Assembly: GCA_043813365.1 (NCBI GenBank)
Contig: JBDRLB010000029.1
Span: forward strand, 1 to 57,058
Source of the DNA: Candidatus Micrarchaeota archaeon
GTDB taxonomy: Archaea > Micrarchaeota > Micrarchaeia > Norongarragalinales > SBBD01
DNA: 57,058 nt
Direction of reading: 5' to 3'
Of the stretch, positions 46,491-55,528 are shown in pieces. A model generated the notes under the pieces. That model was not told where the DNA came from. It saw nothing but the letters and a program-made list of their open reading frames with translations, and searched no databases. The first letter of the stretch is position 1, and every line of letters begins with the position of its first letter. The translations under genes and the position numbers were made by a program.

Positions 46491-47642
46491 CTATTCTGTT
46501 ACCAACCGGCTCAATGCATTGATGATTGCCGGTAGGCTCCTTGCCTTTTCAAATCCTTCTACCCCCTTCAATGCTCTCCTGTATGCCTCATAAACCTTGT
46601 TGCCGGGATTCCAAAGCTCCCCGAGCCGCGGCTTCCCAAGATAGATCTCATATGGGTGGCCGTCTGCGCCATTTTCAAAATCAGCCTGTATTTTATCCCG
46701 GTATTTTTCCTTTTCCCGGAGTTTGCTCACTCTTTCGAGTTCCTCCGTTTCATAAACAAACGGCGCGGAACTTACGACCATATGCAGACCATCGTTATTG
46801 GAGTTGTAGGGCTTCGAATCGGAAATTATTCCAGTTGCGTGCTGTTCAACCAGTATGAGTCCATGCTTTTTTCGGATATATTTGAATGCGTGCGAGCTTG
46901 CTGCATCATCGTTTTCGGCGAATTCCGCCGCCTTCTTGCCGATTCCTTTCTCCTTAACCGCATATCTAGTCCAGTGCCCTCTTATTGGGGGCAATTCTTC
47001 CCCTCCGATGTGATCTGTATCGGTAATTTTTATCGGAACCTCCGGGAATAGTTTCTTACCAATGCGCCGTATCTGCATTTTCAAGGTATCGAGATGGCTA
47101 TCTAGCAATGCATTTCCATCAACTCCGAGCCGCCTCCCGAAATAATCTGCCCAGGGGCGGTATTCAAAACTTGGCAGGTATACTTCCAATGGCTTCCCAA
47201 GTCGGTGGGCGATTCTAAATGCATTTATAATAAATACGGCTTGGGGTGCGGCCAGCCCCCTTTTTGCATGCTCCATGGCGGCTTTGTATGGTGGTTTTCC
47301 CATTTGCCCTTTTTCCGCACCATATTCGCCAATTGGTTCTCCGTTCGCATCCATCATGCCTTTGGAAAGAAGTTGGGTAAAATCTATGGTTTTTCCTTCG
47401 CCATCCAAAACAGCCACCCTGAAAACCCTCAGGGAGACTCCGCACGCTACTGCCTTTATTTTTCCAGGCTCAATCCGGTTTGCAAGCCCATGCGGCCCAA
47501 CCACCCACATCCCTTCCGGCAGATGGGGCAAATTTCCGGATTCGTAGGTCCTGTGCCGGCCCAATCCGTACCTCGACTGTGTATTTAGATGCTTGCTGCT
47601 TTCCAGCATTCCCTTATGAATAATGTTCTCCGGCTCGACCAT
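46491..47642 (-). CDS. hypothetical protein (383 aa), no recognised family
   Basis: Clean ATG ORF with TTTATTAAATT about 30 nt upstream. No DxD / SGxGxH primase motifs, so it is not called PriS. Confidence 0.55.
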   Translation of the reverse strand: MVEPENIIHKGMLESSKHLNTQSRYGLGRHRTYESGNLPHLPEGMWVVGPHGLANRIEPGKIKAVACGVSLRVFRVAVLDGEGKTIDFTQLLSKGMMDANGEPIGEYGAEKGQMGKPPYKAAMEHAKRGLAAPQAVFIINAFRIAHRLGKPLEVYLPSFEYRPWADYFGRRLGVDGNALLDSHLDTLKMQIRRIGKKLFPEVPIKITDTDHIGGEELPPIRGHWTRYAVKEKGIGKKAAEFAENDDAASSHAFKYIRKKHGLILVEQHATGIISDSKPYNSNNDGLHMVVSSAPFVYETEELERVSKLREKEKYRDKIQADFENGADGHPYEIYLGKPRLGELWNPGNKVYEAYRRALKGVEGFEKARSLPAIINALSRLVTE

Positions 47643-47690
47643 AAGTTAAAAGTACAAAAATCAATTTAATAAATCAGCTGAAAACGGGAA

Positions 47691-48626
47691 TTATTTAGCC
47701 TTCGCGCTCATCTTCCGGAATTGCAGTTCCGTTTCCGCCATCGTATTCGCATCAACAAGGCCCTGCTCCTTCAGGGTTTTTATTGAAAAATTGATGGTGG
47801 GATGCCTGTAAACCCATTCCAGCGTTGCAAGCGCCTCCTTTTCCGTGTATGCGTGCGTGCTCCTTCCGCAGTTCCTCGCATAAGTAACAAGCACCTGCTC
47901 CGCCTCCTCCCTTTTCAGCCCATCCTTCAGGCAAGCAATCGCAAGGCTCATCGAGCCGTAGAACCTCTTCCCTTCAGGCAACCCCTGCAATACTTTCTGC
48001 ATTGCAGGAAGGCCCAAATATTTGCCCTTGAATGCGTTTGCATTTCTTACCGCAATTCCCGCCTTGTCCACTTCCAATGCAAGCGCTTCCACGTGCTTCT
48101 TTATGTTTTCCGGGAGTGTTTTTGCATTGATTGAAATATCCATTATTTTTATCTCGATTGCCCTGCGCAGCAATTGCATGAATTCGCCCCTCTCGAAAAA
48201 CACCTGGCCCACGCTGATCTTCTCATTCGGCAGGTCGCCGCCGTATTTCAAATAATCGAGCACCGCAATCCCGTACTTTCCCTTCTCCTGCTGTGTAACT
48301 GAAGGGAAGAACTCTTTCGCAATTTCCATCACAACCTCCTCATCCTCCGTTTTCAGCAATGCAATGGAATTCAGCGCTTCAACGGAAGCGAATTTCGCGC
48401 TGGCTGAAAAATTATTCAGCGCCCCGAGGAAAATGCGCGAGAGCACGTAGGTCACGATTTCCATTTTAGGGTTCCGGAATTTCTTTTTCTGCTCGTTGCG
48501 CAAAGCCGCCAGCACCCTTCCGGATGCTTCCGCAAGCTCCTCCTCACTCACCCCGAGTATGTTCTCCCTTGCAAGGTAGTGCCTTGCCTTTTCTGAAAAC
48601 GGGTACTTGGCAATAATCTCATCCAT
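47691..48626 (-). CDS. priL: DNA primase large subunit PriL-like, lacking the canonical Fe-S cysteines
   Basis: N-terminal KYPFSEKARHYL. The segment YLGLPAMQKVLQGLPEGKRFYGSMSLAIACL aligns from memory to the archaeal FFPPC(I/M)..L..G.P.G.R.Y region with Cys replaced by Ala. Start at ATG 48626. Confidence 0.7.
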   Translation of the reverse strand: MDEIIAKYPFSEKARHYLARENILGVSEEELAEASGRVLAALRNEQKKKFRNPKMEIVTYVLSRIFLGALNNFSASAKFASVEALNSIALLKTEDEEVVMEIAKEFFPSVTQQEKGKYGIAVLDYLKYGGDLPNEKISVGQVFFERGEFMQLLRRAIEIKIMDISINAKTLPENIKKHVEALALEVDKAGIAVRNANAFKGKYLGLPAMQKVLQGLPEGKRFYGSMSLAIACLKDGLKREEAEQVLVTYARNCGRSTHAYTEKEALATLEWVYRHPTINFSIKTLKEQGLVDANTMAETELQFRKMSAKAK

Positions 48627-48668
48627 TTGCAATCTACCTAAAAAAACTTCCTCACAACAGACCCAGGT

Positions 48669-50816
48669 TTACCTTTTATTCCTTTTTGGGGGACGCTTCC
48701 CCTGCATTTTCTTCAGCTCCATCTCATAAAGCTGCGGCTTCAGGTGCTCCTCCATGTATTTCACGAATGCCTCCTTCGTATCCATCCTCCCCATTCCGTG
48801 CTGGAACCTCCTTCCCCTTTCGATGTCGCCCTGTATCAGCGCCCGCAATTTGGGGTACTTGCTGAATGTCTGCGGGTCGAAAATGTTGATCAGCGAGCGC
48901 GTCTCATACCTCTTGAAGTTGGAGAGTGCATGCTTTGCGAGCACCAAATTGTTCGTCCGAAACGCATCCTGTATCTTCTCCTTCGCTTCGAGCCTTTCCT
49001 CCTGCAATTGCCGTAGCATTTTCGCATGCTCATTGAATTCCTTGCTCAGCTCCGCAATTTCCTTCGTTTCCGGCACCGCAGATTCCCCTAAATCCATCTC
49101 CAGCTCCTCATACTGCTCAATGAGCCCGTAGAACGACCTGCTCAGGTACATGATTGCTATTAAAGTGTAGGTTGCGGGAATGAGCAGGAAAACGTACTCC
49201 TTAGGGAAATGGAAGTACAGGTATGCGGTTGCGCCCGCGCCGATCAAAACCAGCACGATGCCGGAAAAAACGTCCCCCACCTGCTTCTCAATGGCAACCA
49301 CATTCGCGTCCTTTGAGGGAAAAACCTGCATCAATATTGAATTCGTAATCTTCTTCGTGAGGAATTTAAGTTCATTTATGAGCTTGTAGATTGGCCAGAT
49401 CACGAGCGGAAGCACAAGCAGCGATACGGACAGCTTCGACGGGATGAGTGGCGCAAATGGCAAATCGATCTGGGCGTCCACAAGGTTGCTGAGATAGATT
49501 ATCGAGATTGCGATGAGCAGGTTCTTGAACAAATTTCCCATCGAGGCGACGTATTCGTTCTGGAATGCCTTGTCGGAAGTGAGATGCTCGATTGCCGAAA
49601 CCTGCTGCTTCAGTATGTTGTCCCTCCTGAACCCTATTGGTACGATCCTCTCGAAGAACGCCGTGATCTTCTCCCTCTGCGAATAGAATAACGGCATGGT
49701 CACCGTTGTTGCAAGCGCAAGCAGGAACGCAAGCGAAAGTATGTCTCCCCCCTCCTTCAAGTTCAGCGGCTGCAGGGCAGTTGCAATTATGAGCGCAAAT
49801 TCGCCCACGCTTCCCATAAGGAGCCCGCCTGTAACTGCTGATTTCATCCCAAGCCCCAATGCGGTGCCGAATATCACCTCCGAAAGCAGCTTCACTATTA
49901 TATAGCCCGCGACCAGCACCAGCAGCATGATGTAGATGGTGGAAGAGCTCGGCAAAGTTGCAGTTGCTCCGAAGCTCACGAAGAAGAATAGCACGAAGAA
50001 TTCCCGGAACATCCCCAGCTCCTTCTTTATTTTCTCCCCGTACGTGCTCTCTGCCAATGCAAAACCCGCGAAATATGCGCCTATTGCAGCCGAAAGCCCG
50101 AGGTAGGTGCTGCCGAAAAACGCTACAGTTATGAATACGCCTATTGCGTACAGCCACATCTGGTCCTCGTACCCTATCGAGCTCAGCAAATTGAGCACGT
50201 GCTTCGACACCTTGCTCACGATGAAGAACATCGCAATGACGAAGAACACGGCATTCAGCACCAACAGGTTGATCGACTGCTGCTCCACCAGGCTGGAAAC
50301 AAATACGAGTATCAATATCGCAAGGAAATCCTCGAGAATAAGGATGGATATTATTATGCGTGCCTCCGTTGTTTCCATCAGCTTGCGCTCAATGATGAAT
50401 TTGGAGGTGATGACCGTCGAGGTTGCTGTGAGCATGCTCCCTATGATCAGCGCCTCGAGGTCCGTGAAGCCGAAGTATTTGGCAACCACGTACCCCATCA
50501 CGAACGCGAAGAGCATCTCCACAACCGCAAGTATGGTCGCAAATGCACCCGTCTCCTTGAATCTCCTTATGTTCAGCTCGAGCCCGAGGTAGAACAGCAG
50601 CATCATGACCCCGATCTCCCCGAAAACGCTTGCTACCCCGATTCCCACCCCTTCCTTTGCGAGGTAATTGAACCCAAGCGGCCCGAGCAGCAGCCCTGCA
50701 AGTATGTACCCTACAGCCGAAGAGAAGCCCATCTTCGAGAAGAAGGTGCCGAAAAGGAACGAGGCGAGCACTATCACGCCTATCTGCACTATGGGTATGC
50801 TCTCTATTGCGACCAT
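48669..50816 (-). CDS. CPA2-type cation:proton antiporter (Kef/NapA-like) with an atypical C-terminal extension of about 325 aa
   Basis: The N-terminal roughly 390 aa form a typical Na+/H+ exchanger fold (VGYILAGLLLGP...). The C-terminal part has 4 more TM helices plus a helical K/E-rich cytoplasmic tail and no Rossmann GxGxxG motif. Confidence 0.8.
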   Translation of the reverse strand: MVAIESIPIVQIGVIVLASFLFGTFFSKMGFSSAVGYILAGLLLGPLGFNYLAKEGVGIGVASVFGEIGVMMLLFYLGLELNIRRFKETGAFATILAVVEMLFAFVMGYVVAKYFGFTDLEALIIGSMLTATSTVITSKFIIERKLMETTEARIIISILILEDFLAILILVFVSSLVEQQSINLLVLNAVFFVIAMFFIVSKVSKHVLNLLSSIGYEDQMWLYAIGVFITVAFFGSTYLGLSAAIGAYFAGFALAESTYGEKIKKELGMFREFFVLFFFVSFGATATLPSSSTIYIMLLVLVAGYIIVKLLSEVIFGTALGLGMKSAVTGGLLMGSVGEFALIIATALQPLNLKEGGDILSLAFLLALATTVTMPLFYSQREKITAFFERIVPIGFRRDNILKQQVSAIEHLTSDKAFQNEYVASMGNLFKNLLIAISIIYLSNLVDAQIDLPFAPLIPSKLSVSLLVLPLVIWPIYKLINELKFLTKKITNSILMQVFPSKDANVVAIEKQVGDVFSGIVLVLIGAGATAYLYFHFPKEYVFLLIPATYTLIAIMYLSRSFYGLIEQYEELEMDLGESAVPETKEIAELSKEFNEHAKMLRQLQEERLEAKEKIQDAFRTNNLVLAKHALSNFKRYETRSLINIFDPQTFSKYPKLRALIQGDIERGRRFQHGMGRMDTKEAFVKYMEEHLKPQLYEMELKKMQGKRPPKRNKR

Positions 50817-50837
50817 GAGGAAATTAATTTCATGCGG

Positions 50838-50846
50838 AATATAAAG
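50838..50846. promoter_or_regulatory. single TATA-like element placed symmetrically between two divergent leaderless genes
   Basis: AATATAAAG (CTTTATATT on the minus strand) is centred at 50842. That is 26 nt from ATG 50816 (-) and 26 nt from ATG 50868 (+). Confidence 0.45.
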
Positions 50847-50867
50847 GTGATTCTTCTACTTCATCCG

Positions 50868-51557
50868 ATGATAACGGAAAACTACCGCATCGTGCTGGGC
50901 AAAATCGGGGATGCGTGCATAAAATCCGGTCGCAAGCCTGCCTCCATAAGGCTCATCGCCGTCTCAAAGATGCAGCCTATTGAGCGCATCATCGAAGCCA
51001 GCAACCTAGGGATATCGGATTTCGGGGAGAACCGCATCCAGGAAGCGCAGCAGAAAATCGGCCGTCTGCGGAATTTCAAGCTCACATGGCATCTGGTGGG
51101 CCGCCTGCAGGCAAACAAAGTGAAAAAGGCGGTCTCCCTCTTCGACGTCATACATTCCGTTTCCTCACTTGAAGTGGCGGAAAAAATCAACGATGAAGCC
51201 GGAAAGCTGGACAAACATCAAAAAATATTACTGCAAGTAAACATCTCCGGCGAACCCACAAAAGGCGGCTTTACCGAGCAAGGACTGGCTACAGCATTCC
51301 CAAAACTGCTTCAACTCCCCCATATCACCCTTTTAGGATTAATGACCATCGCTCCCCTCGCTGATAATCCCGAGCTCTCCCGCCCGATTTTCAAAAAAAT
51401 GTGCAAATTGCGCAATGATCTGGAAAAAACCCATTCCGTTTCCCTTCCGGAACTCTCCATGGGCATGTCGCAGGATTTCGAAGTAGCAATTGAGGAAGGC
51501 TCTACCATGGTCCGGATAGGAACAGCATTATTTGGGGAAAGGAAGCAAGGAAAATGA
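50868..51557 (+). CDS. yggS: YggS/PROSC-family pyridoxal-phosphate homeostasis protein
   Basis: LIAVSKMQP...FGENRIQEA...WHLVGRLQANKVK...LSMGMSQDFEVAIEEGSTMVRIGTALFG. The long ORF 50199.. is antisense to the antiporter. Confidence 0.85.
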   Translation: MITENYRIVLGKIGDACIKSGRKPASIRLIAVSKMQPIERIIEASNLGISDFGENRIQEAQQKIGRLRNFKLTWHLVGRLQANKVKKAVSLFDVIHSVSSLEVAEKINDEAGKLDKHQKILLQVNISGEPTKGGFTEQGLATAFPKLLQLPHITLLGLMTIAPLADNPELSRPIFKKMCKLRNDLEKTHSVSLPELSMGMSQDFEVAIEEGSTMVRIGTALFGERKQGK

Positions 51558-51883
51558 CCTCTTCCGTAATCCAACCCATATCAAATCCGCTTGTTCTCTC
51601 TCAATATCTTTTTATTCCGGTAGCATGTTCCTCTTCCATGAACCTCCCCAACCTCGAGCTTACGGGCGTAGCGCTGATATTCACTGGCCTCTTCATACTC
51701 GCAGCATCCATTTACCTCCAGCAAAAAAGCAAGCAGAAAAAGGAAGCCGGCGGCATCTTGCTTGCAGGCCCGTTCCCTATTCCATTCGGTTCCATGAAAT
51801 CGAACGACAGCCTGAAAACCCTCTCGCTTATCGGTTTTGCAATTGCCATCGCATTCTCAGTTTGGCTCTTCGTGTTCAGGTAA
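51554..51883 (+). CDS. small membrane protein, DUF131-like
   Basis: ATGA overlap with yggS. GGILLAGPFPIPFGS between two TM helices resembles the archaeal DUF131 family. Start uncertain. Confidence 0.4.
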   Translation: MTSSVIQPISNPLVLSQYLFIPVACSSSMNLPNLELTGVALIFTGLFILAASIYLQQKSKQKKEAGGILLAGPFPIPFGSMKSNDSLKTLSLIGFAIAIAFSVWLFVFR

Positions 51884-51954
51884 TTGCCTCCTTCCACCTC
51901 ATTTTAAATATTAGTTTTGCGCATTCTTTTCATACCCGCTTTGAAGGTGATCGC

Positions 51955-52233
51955 ATGAAGGACTCTCCCAAATGGTTCTGGTTTGCCGTGATTCTCGTCT
52001 CATTCCTTATGGTAGTTTCGGTGTTGCGGCCCTTCGAGCTGAACGTGACGCCAACCGGAGCTGCAAAGCTCGTTCCCGGAAAATACTGCCCAGATGGCAC
52101 CGAAATCAATACGTGCTCCAAAACCCAGCCCAAATTCTGCACCGGAAACCTCCGGCTTGTGGATGACTGCTCTACCTGCGGCTGCATCCCGGGAAAAAGC
52201 TGTTCCACATTCGGGGCCTGCCTTTCCCAATAG
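51955..52233 (+). CDS. small secreted/anchored Cys-rich protein (92 aa)
   Basis: AGGTGATC Shine-Dalgarno 4 nt upstream. N-terminal TM/signal. 8 Cys in the C-terminal 50 aa. Confidence 0.5.
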   Translation: MKDSPKWFWFAVILVSFLMVVSVLRPFELNVTPTGAAKLVPGKYCPDGTEINTCSKTQPKFCTGNLRLVDDCSTCGCIPGKSCSTFGACLSQ

Positions 52234-52328
52234 GGGAGCCCTTTAACCGCCCCCCCAAAAGCGCACCCCCCTTTTTTCCTTTTCCCAATGGTTTTAAACA
52301 GATCCATCCATAAATTTCTTCTGATTCT

Positions 52329-53252
52329 ATGGCCGACCTTACAACAAGTTTGTGCGGGCACAAGCTCTCCAACCCTACTGTTCTCGCTTCCGGCTTTTTG
52401 GGGCTGGATTGGGCATCGCTTGACAGGGTAGCAAAATGCGGAGCAGGCGCAGTGACAACAAAAAGCTGCAATTTGCTAGGCAGGGAGGGTTACAACAACC
52501 CCACTGTGCTTGCAAACGAGAACTACATGCTCAATGCGATCGGCCTCTCCAATGCGGGAGTTGAAAACGAAATCGGGGAAATTTTGGAATTCCGGAAAAA
52601 GTCATCAGCAACAATCATCGGTTCCGTTTTCGAGAATTCCGTCGAGGGGTTCGGTGAAGTGGTGAAAAGGATTTCAGAAGGCAAACCACGCATTATAGAG
52701 CTTGATTTGAGTTGCCCCCATCTCGGCGGGCAAGGATTCGAGAAATACAAGGATTTTGCCTCAGATGCAAACATGATTTCAGCTACGGTGAAAGCAGCCA
52801 AAAAAAGCACCAAAATCCCGATATTCGCCAAACTATCCCCCAACGTTCCCAACATAGCTGTTCTCGCAAAAGCAGCTGAAGATGCAGGCGCGGACGGCAT
52901 TACTGCCATCAATACCGCAGGAGGGATGCTGATCTCGCCTGAATTCAAAAAACCGATTCTCGCGAACAAATTCGGCGGCCTCTCCGGCCCGGCAATTAAA
53001 CCAATCGCGCTCAAATGCGTCTACCAGATCCATCAGGCAGTGAAAATTCCCATAATCGGCACCGGCGGGATAACGAATGGAAAGGATGCAATAGAAATGC
53101 TAATGGCCGGCGCAACTGCTGTAGGAATAGGCACTGCTATCTACTACCGCGGCATAGATGCATTCAAGCAAATTACGAAGGAAATGGAGGACTGGATGAA
53201 AAAGCACAATTACAACTCCGCAAAGGAGCTCATAGGTGCGGCGCATGGATAA
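52329..53252 (+). CDS. pyrD: dihydroorotate dehydrogenase, class 1B catalytic subunit
   Basis: NPTVLASGF, ELDLSCPH, AINT, GGLSGPAIKPIALK, GTGGI motifs. Followed by pyrK. Confidence 0.9.
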   Translation: MADLTTSLCGHKLSNPTVLASGFLGLDWASLDRVAKCGAGAVTTKSCNLLGREGYNNPTVLANENYMLNAIGLSNAGVENEIGEILEFRKKSSATIIGSVFENSVEGFGEVVKRISEGKPRIIELDLSCPHLGGQGFEKYKDFASDANMISATVKAAKKSTKIPIFAKLSPNVPNIAVLAKAAEDAGADGITAINTAGGMLISPEFKKPILANKFGGLSGPAIKPIALKCVYQIHQAVKIPIIGTGGITNGKDAIEMLMAGATAVGIGTAIYYRGIDAFKQITKEMEDWMKKHNYNSAKELIGAAHG

Positions 53253-54057
53253 ATCCGTAACCTCAAACTATTCCTTTCCGATCAAGATGCCGCAGCCGTT
53301 TACCATTTCCAAAGTGGAGCAGGAGAACTACCGCGTCAAAACCTTTACTTTCAAGGAAAACCTTCCCTCTCTCCCCGGCCAATTCGCGATGGTCTGGCTT
53401 GCAGGGGTTGATGAGAAGCCCATGAGCATAAACTCCGCAGAGCCATTCTCAATCTCATTTGCCGCAGTTGGCAACTTTTCAAAAAGCCTCTCCCACCTAA
53501 GGGACGGGAATTTGGTTGGCGTCTCCGGCCCCTATGGCGCCCATTTCAAACTTCAAGGAAAAAACATCCTTCTGGTTGCAGGCGGCTATGGCGTCGTGCC
53601 CCTGCGCTTCCTTGCTCAGCAAGCAAAAAAGGAAAAAATCAAATGCACCGCAATTATCGGCGCCAAAACTGCAAAGGATTTGCTGTTTGAGGAAAAAATG
53701 GCCGATGCGGGCTGTTCCGTTTCCCTTTCCACCGATGACGGAAGCAAGGGTTTCAAAGGCAATTCCGTCCAACTGGCGGAAAAGCTCATTTCCGAAAGCA
53801 AATTCGACGCAATTTTTTCCTGCGGCCCGGAGAAGATGATGTTCCGCCTCTCAAAGTTGGCTGCAAGCAGGAAAATTCCCTGCTTCGTCTCCGCTGAGCG
53901 CTACATGAAATGCGCCGTAGGCATATGCGGCGCTTGCACTATTGGAGGCTACATGAGCTGCCGCGACGGGCCCGCAATGGACTCTAGAATTCTCGAGAAA
54001 ACGGAGGATTGGGGCAATTTCCACCGCGACAAAAGCGGAAAGAAAGTCAAATACTAG
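53236..54057 (+). CDS. pyrK: dihydroorotate dehydrogenase electron-transfer subunit
   Basis: FAD/NAD-binding fold and C-terminal 2Fe-2S motif MKCAVGICGACTIGGYMSC. Start uncertain (53236, 53245 or 53287). Confidence 0.85.
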   Translation: MRRMDKSVTSNYSFPIKMPQPFTISKVEQENYRVKTFTFKENLPSLPGQFAMVWLAGVDEKPMSINSAEPFSISFAAVGNFSKSLSHLRDGNLVGVSGPYGAHFKLQGKNILLVAGGYGVVPLRFLAQQAKKEKIKCTAIIGAKTAKDLLFEEKMADAGCSVSLSTDDGSKGFKGNSVQLAEKLISESKFDAIFSCGPEKMMFRLSKLAASRKIPCFVSAERYMKCAVGICGACTIGGYMSCRDGPAMDSRILEKTEDWGNFHRDKSGKKVKY

Positions 54058-54125
54058 CTGCCCAATCCAAGGCCACTCATCAGAGGCGGATCATTTAATT
54101 AGCGTTCCTTCATTTACTATTGCAT

Positions 54126-55442
54126 ATGATAATCCGCAACGGCACAATTGTCAATTGGAATGGCATGAAGAAGGCCGACCTTTACATCGAGCTTGGGAAA
54201 ATACGGCAAATAAAACCCGGCATAAAAATGAAGGGAAGGGAAGAAGTGATCGATGCGACCGGCTGCTACATCATTCCAGGAATGATGGATGCGCATGTGC
54301 ACCTCCGGGATTTCAAGGAGATCGCAAAGGAGGATTTTTTCACGGGCACTTCAGCAGCACTGGCAGGAGGAGTCACTTCCGTCATCGATATGCCGAACAA
54401 TTCCCTTCCTACAATTTCGCTTGCGGCTTTGGAGGCGAAAAAGCTCGTTTTCTCAAGGAAAGCAGCGTGCAACATGGGCTTCCATTTCGGCGCAACCAAC
54501 TCCAACTTTTTAGATGCGAAAATCGCCATGGAGGATTCCTCTATCGCGGGCTTGAAAATTTACATGGGCTCCTCGACGGGCTCCCTCCTTGTTGATGATT
54601 TTTCTGCTTTTTACCGCCACCTCCAGAATTTCAGGAAAACAATAGTGCTGCATGCGGAAGATGAGCATGCTATCAGGCATTTCAGCCGTGAGTTGGAGGG
54701 CACTTCGGCAGCGCATCATGGTAAAATACGCAACGCGACGGTTGCGGAGCTCGCTGTAAGCCGCGCGATTTCAACTGCTGAAAAAACCCGTGCAAAAATC
54801 CATATCGCGCACGTTTCAACTTCAAGGGAGCTGGAGCTGATAAAAGCCGCCCGAAAAAAAATACGCATTTCCTGCGAAGTAACACCCCACCACCTTTTTC
54901 TGGATGATTCGTTCGTGAGGAAAAACGGCAATTTCGGGAAGGTGAACCCTCCGCTGAGGAACAAGCAGGAAGTTGCGGCTTTATGGTCCGCCCTTCGTTC
55001 AAACAATATCGACATTCTTGCAACAGACCATGCACCCCATCTTAGGGAAGAGAAGGAAAAAACCTATTCGGAAGCGCCCTCCGGAATGCCCGAACTTGAC
55101 ACTGCTCTGCTCATGATGCTCGATGCGGTCAGCAAGAAAAGGCTAACGCTGCAAAAGCTTGTTTCCCTCTACTCCTATTCCCCCTCAAAAATATTCAAAA
55201 TCAGGGGCAAGGGCGAAATTTCAGTTGGGAAGGATGCGGATCTTGTGGTAGTGAACCTAAAAAAGGCTACGAAAATTTCCCGGGAACGGCTGTTCACAAA
55301 ATGCCAGTGGTCCCCCTACGAGGGATTGGAGGTGCGTGGGAAAATAGAGAAGACGATACTCGCCGGCAACATTGCCTTTGACGGCGAATCAATATATTCC
55401 AGGATGGGCGAAGGGAAGCTACTGGAGTTCGGGAAGCATTAA
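54126..55442 (+). CDS. pyrC: dihydroorotase (amidohydrolase superfamily)
   Basis: IIPGMMDAHVHLRD, LHAEDE, DHAPH motifs. Context with pyrD/pyrK. Start at ATG 54126, about 26 nt after ATTTAATTA. Confidence 0.8.
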   Translation: MIIRNGTIVNWNGMKKADLYIELGKIRQIKPGIKMKGREEVIDATGCYIIPGMMDAHVHLRDFKEIAKEDFFTGTSAALAGGVTSVIDMPNNSLPTISLAALEAKKLVFSRKAACNMGFHFGATNSNFLDAKIAMEDSSIAGLKIYMGSSTGSLLVDDFSAFYRHLQNFRKTIVLHAEDEHAIRHFSRELEGTSAAHHGKIRNATVAELAVSRAISTAEKTRAKIHIAHVSTSRELELIKAARKKIRISCEVTPHHLFLDDSFVRKNGNFGKVNPPLRNKQEVAALWSALRSNNIDILATDHAPHLREEKEKTYSEAPSGMPELDTALLMMLDAVSKKRLTLQKLVSLYSYSPSKIFKIRGKGEISVGKDADLVVVNLKKATKISRERLFTKCQWSPYEGLEVRGKIEKTILAGNIAFDGESIYSRMGEGKLLEFGKH

Positions 55443-55528
55443 TTTTTCCTTTTGCCACCTTTCGGCGATAAATAACCTTTAATAAGTTTAATCGGGAATT
55501 GTTTAGAGTACAAAGGGGGGTGGGCTTT

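Noticed and set aside
49372-50867. ORF 49372..50157 (-, alternative frame) and the 5' two-thirds of ORF 50199..51557 (+)
   Set aside because: Both overlap the well-supported CPA2 antiporter gene. The + ORF only becomes YggS-like after 50868, and the upstream part is H/R/E-rich antisense noise.
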